A stretch of DNA of 64,000 nucleotides from Schizochytrium sp. TIO01 (GCA_004764695.1 SMSO01000014.1:925648-989647); one strand, 5' to 3'. Shown: positions 22,106 through 34,138, numbered from the stretch's first letter. The notes: generated from the sequence alone by a model not told the origin. Numbers and translations are program-made.

Positions 22106-24181
22106 ATGCAGAACAACGAACAACAGCGTCGTGGAGGCCGCAAACCTCAAGGTGGTGGAGGCCGTGGAAAAGGTCGAGGAGGTGGAGCTGGAGGCGGGGC
22201 TGGAGGCGGTGCTAAAGGCGGAAGTTCCCGTGGAAATAACACAAACCGTGGATTTGGACGCGGCCAAGGCCCTGTGGCAAGCAAGAAATCTTCTGATGCG
22301 CCGCGATCTCGTGAGGAGCAGTTTAAATTGCTCGAGAAGCAACGCGAAGAGCAGCGTAAACTGCAACAGGAGGAGGCAGCAAAGTCCGCTAAAAGTAACC
22401 CTAAAAGTTCTGCAGCAGCACATGCAGATGAAAGCGACGAGGAAGAGCCATACTGCCTTGTGTGTTGTGAGCCTATGCACTATGTGAGCATTGGAGAATG
22501 TAACCATCCTGTGGCATGTGCCTTATGTACAACCCGGATGCGCCTTCTGCACAACGACCGTCGTTGCGTTATGTGCAAACATGACCTCGAGCGCGTCTTT
22601 GTGACAGTGGACCTCAAGAAGAAGTATGAGGATTTTCAGACTTGGGGTGACGTTGCTGGACCGGGCCTAGCCTTTGATAGTGTAACTGGTATGTTCTTTG
22701 AGGAAACTTTTGGAGGGATTGATCACATGCGAGAAATCGAATCTTTGCGCGAGCTTCGATGTGGAGCTGAGGGATGCATAAACCCTGGTCCATTTTCGTC
22801 AGTCGCCAAGCTCAAGGCCCATTTACTTGAAATGCACAACTTGCACTTGTGTAAACTCTGCTGGGAGTCGCGTGGTGTCTTTCCGATGGAGCAAAAGTTG
22901 TACACCAAGGCTGAACTCGATAAGCATTGCACAGATGGTGAGCCAGGCACCGCCTTCCGTGGTCACCCACTTTGTCGCTTCTGTAAGAACAGATGGTATA
23001 ACCAAGACGATCTCTATGCTCACCTGAAGGAGAAGCACGAAAGTTGTCACATCTGCTTGCGTCAGGGCAAGCCTTACGAATATTACAGGAACTACGACAA
23101 TCTTTACAAGCATTTTGTCAAAGCTCATTATGTATGTACTGAGCCGGAGTGTGTGGAGGCAAAATTCAATGTTTATGCGTCAGAGCTCGAGCTCCGAGGA
23201 CATATCGTTAAGAATCATCCACACGTTCGTATTGATCGATCACTTCCTGTGCACTTTGATTTTGGCAGCCGCTCTGGTGAAAGTTCCCGCCGTAACGAGA
23301 ATGAAATCGATTCGTTCAGCTTTCAGTACATGCCAAACACTGCTGGGCACCCTACAATGATTAACCAAGACCCAGTTGCAGCACCTAGCTTTGATGACTC
23401 TGCATTCCCGACTCTTGGCGATAACGGATCCTCACCTACGGGAGGCGCAACAGGAGCTACCAGCCGGCACTATCAGAACGTAGTTGGGTCTAATTCCCGT
23501 AGTGTCTTGGGTGACTCCTCGCACTTCCCTTCTTTGGGTCCCAGCCCTTCATCCTCTGGGCGCATCCATAATGTCAGGCAAGGTCAGGACTTTTCCAATG
23601 CTGTCTCAATGCCTTACACGAACTTGAACAATAATCAATTTGTTCAAATGAAAAAGTCTCAGGGCAAGAAGAAAAAGAAAGGTGGCAAAAATACCGAAGA
23701 TGATTTCCCACGTCCTGTCGTCATGTCCGCTGACGAGGAGGCTCGCGCAACAATGCGCATGAGTACTCAGCAATCGTCGGTCCCAGCAGCTTACCCAGTA
23801 CCGGCTCCCGCCCCAGTTGCACGTGGGCCATCAAACTGGGGGGGTCGTGCACAACCTCAGCCCCAACCGCAGCCCCAACGTGGTTTTGCCGATCGTCATA
23901 CGCCGGGCGGTCTCCGTGCCCAAGATGGATCTCAGTGGGATCGCCCAAAGGGACCGAGTCAAAATCGTGGATCAGAGGATTTCCCGTCGCTGCCCCCTTC
24001 AGCTGGACCGACTGGAGGCCGCGGTGCTACAAGCGCAACTGCGCAGTGGGATGCTTTGCGCGCATCAAATAAAATCAAGACTGGTGTAACGCTGGGAAGT
24101 CGTCCGAAAGCGCAGCAGAAGAAAAAGAAGCCCAAAGCTAAAAAGCCTGAAGATGACGTATTCAACTTTACTGGACGCTGA
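22106..24181 (+). CDS. ZNF598: ZNF598/Hel2-like E3 ubiquitin ligase (ribosome quality control)
   Basis: RING (CLVCC...GECNHPVACALCTTRMR...CVMCK), C2H2 fingers, GHPLCRFC, HESCHIC, YYRNYDNLYKHF, and repeated FP(S/T)L motifs in the disordered tail. Confidence 0.93.
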   Translation: MQNNEQQRRGGRKPQGGGGRGKGRGGGAGGGAGGGAKGGSSRGNNTNRGFGRGQGPVASKKSSDAPRSREEQFKLLEKQREEQRKLQQEEAAKSAKSNPKSSAAAHADESDEEEPYCLVCCEPMHYVSIGECNHPVACALCTTRMRLLHNDRRCVMCKHDLERVFVTVDLKKKYEDFQTWGDVAGPGLAFDSVTGMFFEETFGGIDHMREIESLRELRCGAEGCINPGPFSSVAKLKAHLLEMHNLHLCKLCWESRGVFPMEQKLYTKAELDKHCTDGEPGTAFRGHPLCRFCKNRWYNQDDLYAHLKEKHESCHICLRQGKPYEYYRNYDNLYKHFVKAHYVCTEPECVEAKFNVYASELELRGHIVKNHPHVRIDRSLPVHFDFGSRSGESSRRNENEIDSFSFQYMPNTAGHPTMINQDPVAAPSFDDSAFPTLGDNGSSPTGGATGATSRHYQNVVGSNSRSVLGDSSHFPSLGPSPSSSGRIHNVRQGQDFSNAVSMPYTNLNNNQFVQMKKSQGKKKKKGGKNTEDDFPRPVVMSADEEARATMRMSTQQSSVPAAYPVPAPAPVARGPSNWGGRAQPQPQPQPQRGFADRHTPGGLRAQDGSQWDRPKGPSQNRGSEDFPSLPPSAGPTGGRGATSATAQWDALRASNKIKTGVTLGSRPKAQQKKKKPKAKKPEDDVFNFTGR

Positions 24182-24870
24182 GATCTAATTTACCTTGAGT
24201 AAATCAACTAGAAGATTTAATTAGGCTAGGAATTGAACATGCAGGCAAGCCAACCTTTCAACAGCTTTGGTATGCCTATTTAAGCTCGTCATCCTTAGAA
24301 AGATAGCTCTAAGCGTTACGTATGATAACGTAACATACAAAAATATAAGGATTCGTTTCTCCTCTGCTATATGAGCAGAATTGAAATTATTGCAAGGATA
24401 AATTCTCTATTGGCTTACCTTTGTAGACCCTCCGACGAAACGCCACCAAATGATAGTAATTACAAGTGAGATTTCTTTAAATTTGATAAATTTTCTCTGA
24501 TATTTTGTGCAAGAATTGGAAAGCCTCGCTTTTTAAGGGCAAGTGCCATACATTGACAAAAGAGAAATCTCAAGTAAAAAAAATAATATAGCTGATTTAC
24601 AGATGTTTCTTCATGATAATTTGGGTGCAAGCTTTGAAAAACCAAGTCGAATGCGAAGTTGTATCTATTTGTCGTATAAAGCAGGGGTTCCACCTGCCTG
24701 TTTCTTCTTTAGATATGTCATTTGATGATAGGCCACCTTCGATTTAAAACCGCAACAACGTCATAGCTTGGGGAAGAGAAAAGGCACGGGAGAGTTCAGG
24801 TTTTGCATATTCACTAATTATGGTGAGGTAAGATTTTGCATCTCAGTTGTTGTTTCATTCTCGTCATCAA

Positions 24871-25242
24871 TTAAGTAAGGTACAATCTGAGCCTCTGTGT
24901 AATGGGTCTGCGGCACGCGTAGCAGGTATCGATCTCGCTGCAGGCCCTGCACGCAGTATGCCCGCAGTCGAACGCCATTGGTGCGTGCTTCTTGTCATCG
25001 TAGTTGTAGAAGCAAATGGGGCATACGGTGTCCATAATTTTACCATCATCCAATTCCTCTTCCTCCTGCTGTTTTTGCGCTTGTTGCTGCTGGCGTTTCT
25101 GCCTGTCCTTTGCAGCGCCTTCTTCAATCATATCCGCCGCGAAGAACGAAGCCGCCACTACCGCGGCACCCGCCATGACACCAGCCAACACCGGGAGCAG
25201 GCCTCCGCCACCGCCACGGTTCTTCTCCTTGCGTGAAGACAT
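24871..25242 (-). CDS. Small membrane-anchored RING-HC finger protein
   Basis: Hydrophobic segment LLPVLAGVMAGAAVVAASFF; C3HC4 RING CPIC...CGHTACRAC...CYACR at the C-terminus. Confidence 0.85.
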   Translation of the reverse strand: MSSRKEKNRGGGGGLLPVLAGVMAGAAVVAASFFAADMIEEGAAKDRQKRQQQQAQKQQEEEELDDGKIMDTVCPICFYNYDDKKHAPMAFDCGHTACRACSEIDTCYACRRPITQRLRLYLT

Positions 25243-26166
25243 TCCTGAAAACTAAACTCAAGCGAAGAGATCACCCTGAGCACCTCTGCGAAGAGCTCTG
25301 CGACGCGCAAACTTAGTCGCGCGCAGATCTCGCGATTTTGGGTTTGCCAAGGCGAGTTCCGAGGCCGTCGTTTTGTGAAGACTACTTTATAAGAGCCAGA
25401 TAGTAAATAAGCTAAGCTAGCGACTCCTTCTCCGATGTTAGAAATATTATATACAGAAAAAGCCGTCTCAAGGGACTTTAAGGCTGGTGCTTGCGAATGC
25501 GATATTGAACATGAAGTTCTTCGAGTGCTGGGCGGATTAGCGACAGCTTTGAATAAGTTTTGTGGACAAGTAGCACCTATATATAGAGGCCCTGGTTGGT
25601 AGAGGAGCATTCTCTGGTCGCTGTTTGATATTGGTGATTATCTTGAGATTTGGATTGATTTATAGGGTAACCAGTTTAGGGTTCTGGAAGTGAGGAACGT
25701 ACGGCCACGTCATAAAGAAGATGATGAACACTCCTACCGGAACTGGGCCACAAGCACTCAAGCCTTATCCATGAGGAGGACAAGTTGACGGCTACGAATG
25801 CCTCACATTGAGGATTCATGTTGCTGTTGATTTGAACAGCAAACTCGGAACTGGGCCACACGCATTACTTACTTCATTTTACAGAGAACAACGACTAAGA
25901 AGCTGTCAGCCTAAATTATAATGACGATATGCATGATCAAATGGTAGGTACAATGGTGATACGTATTACCTAGTACCTTCCATAGAGACGCAATATAAAC
26001 CGCGGGGAGACTCGAGTGAGCCCGGAAAGCTTGGATTCTAAAATTTACTTGGATCCAGTATTACCGGCATACCGATATGAATTTGCATTCAAAAAGGACA
26101 ATATGAATATAGGATATAAGATAGGGAGATAGGGAGTTTAACCTGACCAAGGGGATGCAGTATATT

Positions 26167-26913
26167 TTAAAAGTCAGGTACATTATCAAAAAGCGTCTCA
26201 TCGAAGTGAATGGAGTCTGACTCGTCATAACTCATGTCCGAAAACGTAGATGGATCACTGTCAAGGCTAATTGTGCGCTGCCTGCGTGGACGCAAGCGAG
26301 CAGGGTTCGAATTTGTCGATCGTGTAGGACTCGGAGGTGTCTGATCCTCCATGGGTAATCTTTGCAACCCACCTGTTGTCGGCACACGAGGTGGAGATCC
26401 CGGAGTCGAGCGTTGACTTGCTTTCAGATTGCAACAGTGCTGTGTGAGTGCAGATACCATAGCACGCTCCAGGTGCTTGGTAGCTTCCCGTTTGCTACGC
26501 TCGCAAGCCTTCTGTAGTGCTAAGATTTGTTCTTTCATCGCATCAAGTGCAAAGTATTCCGATTCAATACGCAATGCCTCGAGATCCCTGAAATCTTCTC
26601 CAACCGTGAGTCGCCCGTCTCTGAGAAAGTTGAGAACATAACGGAAAAGCTTGCCGTCCCGATCAATAAAGCATCGCCCACGCTGGTCCCTAGCGAGCAT
26701 GGCTGCATTTCTTTGTGCAAACATGCTCTCCAACATGGAATTTGGGCACCTCGTCAAAGTCTCTACCGTCGTAGCATACATCTCGCCGCCCACATTAAGC
26801 TCCACAATCGAAGTCAGTCTTTTGGTTAAATCTGGAGACCGGACCTGCTGCCCTTCTTTCAACGGACGTTTCTCGTATAGAACATTCTCATGTGGATTGT
26901 TGTCATGCTGCAT
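26167..26913 (-). CDS. KCTD-type BTB/POZ (T1) domain protein
   Basis: IVELNVGGEMYATTVETLTRCPNSMLESMF...FIDRDGKLFRYVLNFLRDG...ESEYFAL. Confidence 0.92.
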   Translation of the reverse strand: MQHDNNPHENVLYEKRPLKEGQQVRSPDLTKRLTSIVELNVGGEMYATTVETLTRCPNSMLESMFAQRNAAMLARDQRGRCFIDRDGKLFRYVLNFLRDGRLTVGEDFRDLEALRIESEYFALDAMKEQILALQKACERSKREATKHLERAMVSALTQHCCNLKASQRSTPGSPPRVPTTGGLQRLPMEDQTPPSPTRSTNSNPARLRPRRQRTISLDSDPSTFSDMSYDESDSIHFDETLFDNVPDF

Positions 26914-27905
26914 GTTGTGTTGTACAATCTGCCCCCAAAGAACTCGTCACTAAATTCTTTTAATACACTCTACTCGCGTCAGATCTTCACGCTACTGCCC
27001 ACTGCCCAATATCCTCAGCGCCCAAACCTCTTAAATGGCGCGCCCCGATGAATGGATCTCGCTTCGCTCTCCTGAGTTTGTTCGAAAGCGAGCCCTCGTC
27101 TTACTAGTTGTGAGATCTGATTAATTAGCACGAATGCCCTCTATTCCCCAAGTTCTTTCCGCGCCAATTTCCTTGGGACGACGGTCGATCTGCTCCGCTC
27201 CCCAAACAGTGGCTGCCGCGAGGAGGTGTCACAGCGGGTTGAGGGAGGTTCCTACGGGGCGGAGATCTTGGTCGGTCTCTGCACCGGTGCTAGAGGTCTG
27301 CGGGCCTCGTGACGTCGAGGCAGAGCATTGAACCCTGATACTTTAAGTTGCAGTACCTTTAATTAAGAGGGATGGACAAATAAAGAAATAAAGAAATGTA
27401 GTGAAAGGTGAGACGAGATATCGTACACTTTATCGTACCAATATTGTGTGTTTGACGATGATTCTCTTTCTTTACGTTGCTTTGCATTTGATTTCTTCAC
27501 GGGGTTTGTTGAATTATGAAAGCTAGCTCTGCATGTACGATTACAGGAGCTACAATCTTTGAATAAAGTTGAGGTATTAGGTACTACTACCTATTACTTG
27601 CTGGCATGAAGGGTTTGGTCGCGTGTTGCAGGCGTCCACCTGTAGGCCTAGAATCTATCATGCAGAATAAAATGATCGGGGCTCACAGCATCCCTTTTTG
27701 TTTTATTTGCTTGCTATGGCAAATGAAAATAATTGCAAGAAAAGAAAATAATTTTGAAGGCGTCAAAGAAGGATAAAAAGGGATCCTACTATTGGGTTTG
27801 TAGTAGGGTGTCGAGAGCACTTTGCAATTGAGGCATTTGACCGTTGATGAGATGATAGTGTGCGAAATGAAGTATTTGAGGAGGAGTAAGTATGACGAAT
27901 GAAAG

Positions 27906-28787
27906 ATGCCAAATTATAACGATAGAGAAGGTGACAATGGGGTGTTGTTGATCAGCAAGTGGTGGGGAGAGAAATCGACTTTAGAATATTGTGTAGAGAG
28001 CTTGTGGCAAAAAGCAAAGTCTTCAGACGGCTTGGGGGTGAAGCATTGGAGAAGCCCAGGAGGTAAAATGAGTAGGTCACCGGGTGCAATGGCAAGGCTG
28101 TCGCCATCACGGACATCAAGTAAAGGCTCACCGACGGATGAAAACCTTGCAGGCTTTCCAGATACTGTGAGCATTTTCCCACCACTCGAAGGAGAGATGG
28201 ACCTCGCAGATTATCCCCCCGTTGTCGTAGCACAACGTGATGTACAAAGGCTTCAAGGAAATACAAAAGAGGAAGAAGTCAACGTGGTTATAGATGATGA
28301 GGTTGATGACCAGGTTGTGGAACTCCTAGGGCAACATGCGAATCTTGGATTTCACCTGGAGGATATCGATCTGCCTTTTATGGTGTTGCATGTGAAGAAC
28401 ATGCAGCGCTTCTTCAAATTTGAATGCGTTTTACAGTCCAAAGATGTAAGTTCAATATTAACAGCACTTTATAGTTTTACCTTCATACTGACTTCTTTCA
28501 ATGTTGGCATAACATAGAATCACCTTTATCATATCATTGCCTCCAATAGACAAACGGTCGTGCGAGCGCAGAAGCGTGCTGCAAGCTTACCGATTATTTT
28601 GTCAGAAGGCTGGAACCGAATTTGTCTTGATTTTAGTAAAATCTGTCTTCATGCATTTGGTACTCAATTCCATGCTATCAAACACTTCCGCATATATGCA
28701 AATTGCCGAATTTGGAGGCTTTTCTTTCAAGATAAGGACTATGGTGACGCTAGTTTGCCCATACACTTGCGTATTGTTCAACCTTGA
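27906..28787 (+). CDS. Divergent CFAP20/BUG22 (DUF667) domain protein; exons 27906-28445, 28518-28787
   Basis: LPFMVLHVKNMQRFFKFE, then after a 72-nt GTAAGT...CATAG intron: SNRQTVVR...LPIILSEGWNRICLD...AFGT....FRIYANCRIWRLFFQDKDY...LP, the CFAP20 signature. Confidence 0.87.
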
Positions 28788-29128
28788 CACCACATTGAAT
28801 ATTTTACTTCTGCAATTTATCACAACAAGCTCGTACAATAGATTTTATCCTTGTCTAGGTCGGTTGATACAAACGGAATTTTACTTTGTTCTCAAAATAA
28901 ACTTATCATTTTATAAGAAGCTTGAAGAATCAACCTTAAGTCTTTTATCACAAGCTAAACCCGGCAGAAATGGGGAATGCAAAAAAAATCGTTTGACAAA
29001 CTCCAATCAGTCTGGGACAACCTTATCAAAATCTAAGCAAAGAAATCATATTCTATCTTCAAGTCGAACACCCTCTTCACAGTCGGGATGCATGATAGCA
29101 TATGGTTTGGGCGGAGTGGGAAGAAAGT

Positions 29129-32100
29129 TTAGGCAAAAGTACCATATGCGTGGCTTTCAGACTCGTCTGAAGGCATGATAGCCCCGCGCTTGTAAGAAAT
29201 TGAGCGACGCTTCGACAACAGCGTCATTGCGTTGAGAGTAACCAAAAGCATCCCTCCAACATCAGCCAAAATAGCCAGCCACAAGCTGGAGTAAAGTGTT
29301 AAGGTCACAACGAGCACAGCGATTTTGAGCACAATTGCAAACGTCACGTTTTGCACAATCACACGAAAGCAGCTTCGTCCAATGTCCACAGCCTCAACCA
29401 AGCTAAGCAAATCATCCTGCATGAGAGCAACATCTGCTGTTTCGAGTGCAACCGCAGTGCCGATACAGCCCAGAGATACAGAAACATCAGCAGCAGCAAG
29501 ACTTGGAGCATCGTTTACGCCATCACCAATCATACCCTTAATTCCCTCCATCTTGGCTAAACATGCTACCTTATCTTCAGGTCGAAGGCTAGCATGGAAC
29601 TCATCCACATCAGCATCAGCTGAAATAGCACGAGCAGCACCAGGGTTATCACCGGTAAGCATAACTACACGCACCCCGCGATCATGCAAAGCTGCAACTG
29701 CCTCGCGTGACTCCGGGCGGAGCTGGTCACCGAGTGAGACGTAGCCAACCGCACCAAAGCTCTGGGTTCCGACCCACAGAGCAGTGAGACCACGATCCTC
29801 CGCTTCGCGGATTCTGTAGGCCAATTCGGGACAACTTTGAGGCCATCCTTTGCTCTCTGCAAGAGCACGGTTGCCAATTAGAAAGATCATGTCAGAACTT
29901 GAGCTTTTCTCTTTCTTTTGGCGAAAAGAAGCCAGGATGCCTTGGCCGGGGATTAATTCTGTGTGCGCAAGCTCAAAATCGCTCTTGACCTTGCTGGCTC
30001 TTGACTTTTCAGCCTTGAGGAGTGCTAAAGCAATTGGGTGGGAGGACTGGCGCTCAGCGTCACAAACTAAAGATAACATCTCTTCACGCGAAAAGGGTGC
30101 ATGGGGCACCATCTCTACAGACACCACCTGGAACTGACCTAAGGTCAAGGTTCCAGTCTTGTCCATAGCCATAGTTTTGAGGCGCCCAAGTGTCTCCAAA
30201 TGGGATCCACCACGAACAAGAATGCCACGTTGAGCTGCGCTGGCGAGACCGCAAACGTAGGCCATCGGAGTGGAGATAACCAGGGCACACGGGCAAGCCA
30301 CGACAAGAAAGACTAGAGCAACGTAAATAGATTCATAGCCAACTTTACGGCTGTAGGCGAACGGCACAGTTGCAAGCAGAATTGCCACGATGAAGACAAC
30401 CGGGGTGTAAATTCGTGCAATTTTCTCAATAAGCTGCTGAGTGGGTGCACGTTGGTTTGAGGCCTCTTCAACCAGCCTGATCATTCGGGCAACAGTAGAG
30501 TCCTCATGTTCGCGTGTACATAGAATCTCCACGTAGGTGTCGAGATTGATTGTCCCAGCAGAAACTTCATCACCAGGACCTTTGCGTACAGGGCGTGATT
30601 CACCCGTTAAGTTACTCTCATTAGCATGAGTCTCTTTAGCATCGTCAACAAGCTTTCCATCAACAGGAAATTTATCTCCAGGGCGTACACGGAGGCGAGC
30701 GCCTACAGGAATCAGCTCTACAGATACGACGCTGCCTTCTGTTCCAAGGCCAGGGATTGTCTCTGCTAGAATCGCAGTCTCGGGCGCGAGTTGCATAAGA
30801 GAATTCATTGCAGAACGAACCTTAGAGCTAGCACGTGCTTCGAGCCAATCACTCAAAGAGAACAAGGTAACAACTGCCGCAGCCTCAGAGTAGTCGTGCA
30901 AAGCAATAGCTCCAATAACAGCAAGAGTCATGAGCATGTTAATGTCCAATACTCCGTACGTGATACGGTTCATCGCTGAGAGAGCAATCGGCGGCAAACA
31001 GCAAGCAACCGCACCTAGAGCAAGGTACTTCATGAAACCGAAGTGGGGCCAGTAGTGAGCAAGCGAAGCACCCCAACAGAGCAAAGCCAGGTTTACATTC
31101 CACTTTGGCCATATAGCAACAGGTTCCATCGGACCAACCTTATCTTCAACAGATTGCCCACCAGATTGCATAGGAATTACAACGTCATTACCAGATCCAG
31201 TGGCTTCAGCATCAAACCCACCCGCCTGCAAAAGATTGCTCATCTCTGTAGCTGTGATCATCTTGGGCTCGAAATACACAGTAAGAAGCTTGGCGTTTAC
31301 ATCAATGTCAATCTTAGAAATGCCAGCATTCCTGGCCAGTAGTTCACGAATCTTTCCGGCTCCAGACTCGTCGAATAAGTTTTGGATGAGGAACTCAGCT
31401 TTTACTCCTGCCGGCGAGGGAAGAAGCAAATCACCATTCTTTGTGATTTGGGGTTCAAGACCTTGGTCATCCAAGAGCTTGCGAATCATCTCGCAGGGAA
31501 CAGCAACTGGAGCATGCTTGACTGTAAGTTTTTTTAGCACCACATTTGGGCGAATGTCCTCAACTCCATCAAGGGGAGTAAGAACACGGTAAATGATTTG
31601 AGCCTCGCTCGAGCAACACAATTTCCCAATGTTGAAAGTGCTTGTTACGAAGATGCGTGTATCTACCCGACCATCCTTAGGAAGCAGCTTGGCGCCTAGA
31701 CTTTTCTCGTTGAGAAGTGCCAAAATGCTTTTAATTGAGATCAATGCGTCTTCGTACTCAACGAGCATCCGTTTGGTTTCAACATCTACACGAACATGGC
31801 GAACTCCATTGAGCATAAAGAGTGCCTGCTGGGCAACACGGGCCTCGCCATTACAGCACAGACGCTTTAGTAGGACATGGTCTGAGGATAAGGATGCCTT
31901 TATCTTTTCGTTAAGAGGCGCTGCAATATCATAGTCATCTAGCACCATGCCCAGGTCCGGATCGGCACAGCACGTTGATTCAGGCGGGCAACATGGCGAA
32001 TTGTCGAATGGGTCCATCGTGGCTTTTGCAAAACAAATCTGGTCTCCTCGACAACATCCATCAGCAGGCGAGTTGTCGCAAGGTTTGGCCTTAACAGGCG

Positions 32101-32707
32101 TTGCTGTGCAGCAGGCGTCGCCCTCGTCAGCGTGGCCATGGCTGTGGCCATGGCCGTGGCCATGATCGTGGCCATGGCCGTCCTCGATTTTATTAGTTTC
32201 AAGCTTAGGCTTGCTACAGCATCCATCGCTGCAAGAAGGCTCACTCTTTGCCTCGCTAACAGGATGCGCAACGGGCACGGCCACAGAAATGCTTTCTTGG
32301 TTGCTACTTCCACAACATTTATCCTTGCAAGATGCTTCTGGGGTTACTGCTGGGAGAATTTTGGCTTCCTTCTTCTTGCCACAACAGCCTTTCGAGCAGT
32401 TGCTTTTGGTTTCCGAGGTTTCTGCTGCTACTGCTTCAGCTCGCGGCTCTTCTTGGCTAGAAGAAGGCTTTTCACCGTCAGCAGCCGAAACCTTGCCTGC
32501 CGTGGCAACAGCCGGCGTTTCTCCCTCTTGCGCTTTCGAAGATTTATTTCCGCAGCATCCCTTCGAGCAAGGCTTTTTCTTTGTCGCACTCTCCCCTTCA
32601 GCTGCTCCATTCGTAAGGCCTCCATCGCTGTTCCCGTCCTCTGGCGTCGCAAGGTTCTCTTGCACAGGGTCATCCGGTTGCTCCTCTAAGAGGTCAGCCT
32701 TATCCAT
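29129..32707 (-). CDS. Heavy-metal P1B-2 ATPase (Zn/Cd-type, ZntA/HMA2-4-like)
   Basis: TGES, CPCALVISTP, DKTGT, SHP, GDGVNDAPSLA; Lys in TM7 and DVG in TM8; HMA domains with CCxxE (LCCNGE, LCCSSE). First in-frame ATG is at 32707. Confidence 0.95.
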   Translation of the reverse strand: MDKADLLEEQPDDPVQENLATPEDGNSDGGLTNGAAEGESATKKKPCSKGCCGNKSSKAQEGETPAVATAGKVSAADGEKPSSSQEEPRAEAVAAETSETKSNCSKGCCGKKKEAKILPAVTPEASCKDKCCGSSNQESISVAVPVAHPVSEAKSEPSCSDGCCSKPKLETNKIEDGHGHDHGHGHGHSHGHADEGDACCTATPVKAKPCDNSPADGCCRGDQICFAKATMDPFDNSPCCPPESTCCADPDLGMVLDDYDIAAPLNEKIKASLSSDHVLLKRLCCNGEARVAQQALFMLNGVRHVRVDVETKRMLVEYEDALISIKSILALLNEKSLGAKLLPKDGRVDTRIFVTSTFNIGKLCCSSEAQIIYRVLTPLDGVEDIRPNVVLKKLTVKHAPVAVPCEMIRKLLDDQGLEPQITKNGDLLLPSPAGVKAEFLIQNLFDESGAGKIRELLARNAGISKIDIDVNAKLLTVYFEPKMITATEMSNLLQAGGFDAEATGSGNDVVIPMQSGGQSVEDKVGPMEPVAIWPKWNVNLALLCWGASLAHYWPHFGFMKYLALGAVACCLPPIALSAMNRITYGVLDINMLMTLAVIGAIALHDYSEAAAVVTLFSLSDWLEARASSKVRSAMNSLMQLAPETAILAETIPGLGTEGSVVSVELIPVGARLRVRPGDKFPVDGKLVDDAKETHANESNLTGESRPVRKGPGDEVSAGTINLDTYVEILCTREHEDSTVARMIRLVEEASNQRAPTQQLIEKIARIYTPVVFIVAILLATVPFAYSRKVGYESIYVALVFLVVACPCALVISTPMAYVCGLASAAQRGILVRGGSHLETLGRLKTMAMDKTGTLTLGQFQVVSVEMVPHAPFSREEMLSLVCDAERQSSHPIALALLKAEKSRASKVKSDFELAHTELIPGQGILASFRQKKEKSSSSDMIFLIGNRALAESKGWPQSCPELAYRIREAEDRGLTALWVGTQSFGAVGYVSLGDQLRPESREAVAALHDRGVRVVMLTGDNPGAARAISADADVDEFHASLRPEDKVACLAKMEGIKGMIGDGVNDAPSLAAADVSVSLGCIGTAVALETADVALMQDDLLSLVEAVDIGRSCFRVIVQNVTFAIVLKIAVLVVTLTLYSSLWLAILADVGGMLLVTLNAMTLLSKRRSISYKRGAIMPSDESESHAYGTFA

Positions 32708-34138
32708 GATGCTGATAGAGTTTGTCCTCACGCCTTTAGGTTTGTACCCTCCTGGATGTCCACCTCTGCGTTTCGATTGTTGTCGCAGCCAAGTTCTGCT
32801 CCACGCCACTGCTCCAAGTCTGGCCTGTTCTCTTCGACGAAATGACTCCTTCTAATACAAAACCAAACAAAAGCCAAAAATGTTTGATTTATATATATAT
32901 TATTTTTTTTTTCAAATACCAGAACTGGGGCCTCTCAAGAAGTCAAGCGTCCCGCTGCTCCTCGGCGGCTGCTCGGGCTGCCTGCCTGCAGGACCGAGTC
33001 GCTAGCTGTCGCCAGCTGCTGCCTGAGAACTCGCTCACGCCTAGCGAGCACGTTGTCCAAGCTCGCAGGCCACGCGCAGAGCTCGCGAAGCTTTCACTCG
33101 AGCGGGACCTGCCGAGATTCTGGGTTTGCCGGCCGCCGATTCGTGCTTTGCTTTGAATCCTGCGTTTGCGAAGCCTACTAGTTTCACTTAACTGATCTTA
33201 GGCTATCTTTTCGTCATTTAGTGTAATACGGACACACGTTTCTTTGGCTTTCAATTGGTTACTGCAATGGTATCAAAATTAACCTTTTTCTCTTTTCCTT
33301 CTTTCTTTCTTTCTTTCTTTCTTTCTTTTTTTCTTTTTTTCTTTCTTTCTGTGTGGCTTCGTAGGCCTCTTCGTAGCTGAGTACTAGTAGATGAAATAGG
33401 CTGCGAAACTAAAGTAAATCTTGATGAGAATTGATGTGAGAAATGGGGATCTCGAATAGAGATGGCACCGACAGTTCTCGCTGCGAAGAAGGTTGTGTAA
33501 AGAAAAGGCGGCTGAGAGGCCACGCCGATACCGAGAGGGCGTAGGTATGACGTTACTTCCCTATTTTCTGCCGTATGCGGCGACAAGTTCGAGAGTCTTC
33601 GGAGGATAAGGGTCCATTATTCCGAAGTCGAGATTTCCATCTCATGATTCCAACAATTGAGTGATCGTATTGAAAGTAGTAATTTTTACCTTTTCTACCT
33701 TCCTTCCTTTTTTTTTTTCCTTTTTTTTTTCTTTTGTTTGTTTGTTTGATTGTTTGTTCCATCTTCTTTGTTTTTCCAAGTTTCAAGAACGAATCAATTC
33801 CACTTCTTCACGACGTGGCCTCGACCATGAAAGCCCATGCGAGCGGCGAGAGATAGTCAATCCATCTACGATGGCCAGCTTCGCAAGACCGCTCGCTCGC
33901 TTTCCTCCTTGATTGACTTTCACCCGCTCGGAAGGGCCTCGATGTCCTTGCCGAGGACGAGGATCCCGGTGACGCTCGCGCTTTTGGAGATAAGCGCTCT
34001 GCACGGCACGCTTATTTTCTGAATCCTTCCCGCATTTGGCTCAAAGGTTCTTCTCTAAACCAGGTGACCTCTTCTTCAATTCAAGTTCCTGACTGACGTC
34101 GGCCCTCGCTTCAGCTTCGAGTTCAACTTGAGCTTTGC

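Noticed and set aside
25738-25862. 15-bp direct repeat CGGAACTGGGCCACA about 108 nt apart
   Set aside because: Only two copies and no element structure or supported ORF.
28537-29178. 213-aa + strand ORF
   Set aside because: It is an alternative frame over CFAP20-like exon 2 and its 3' region; the true frame ends at 28787.
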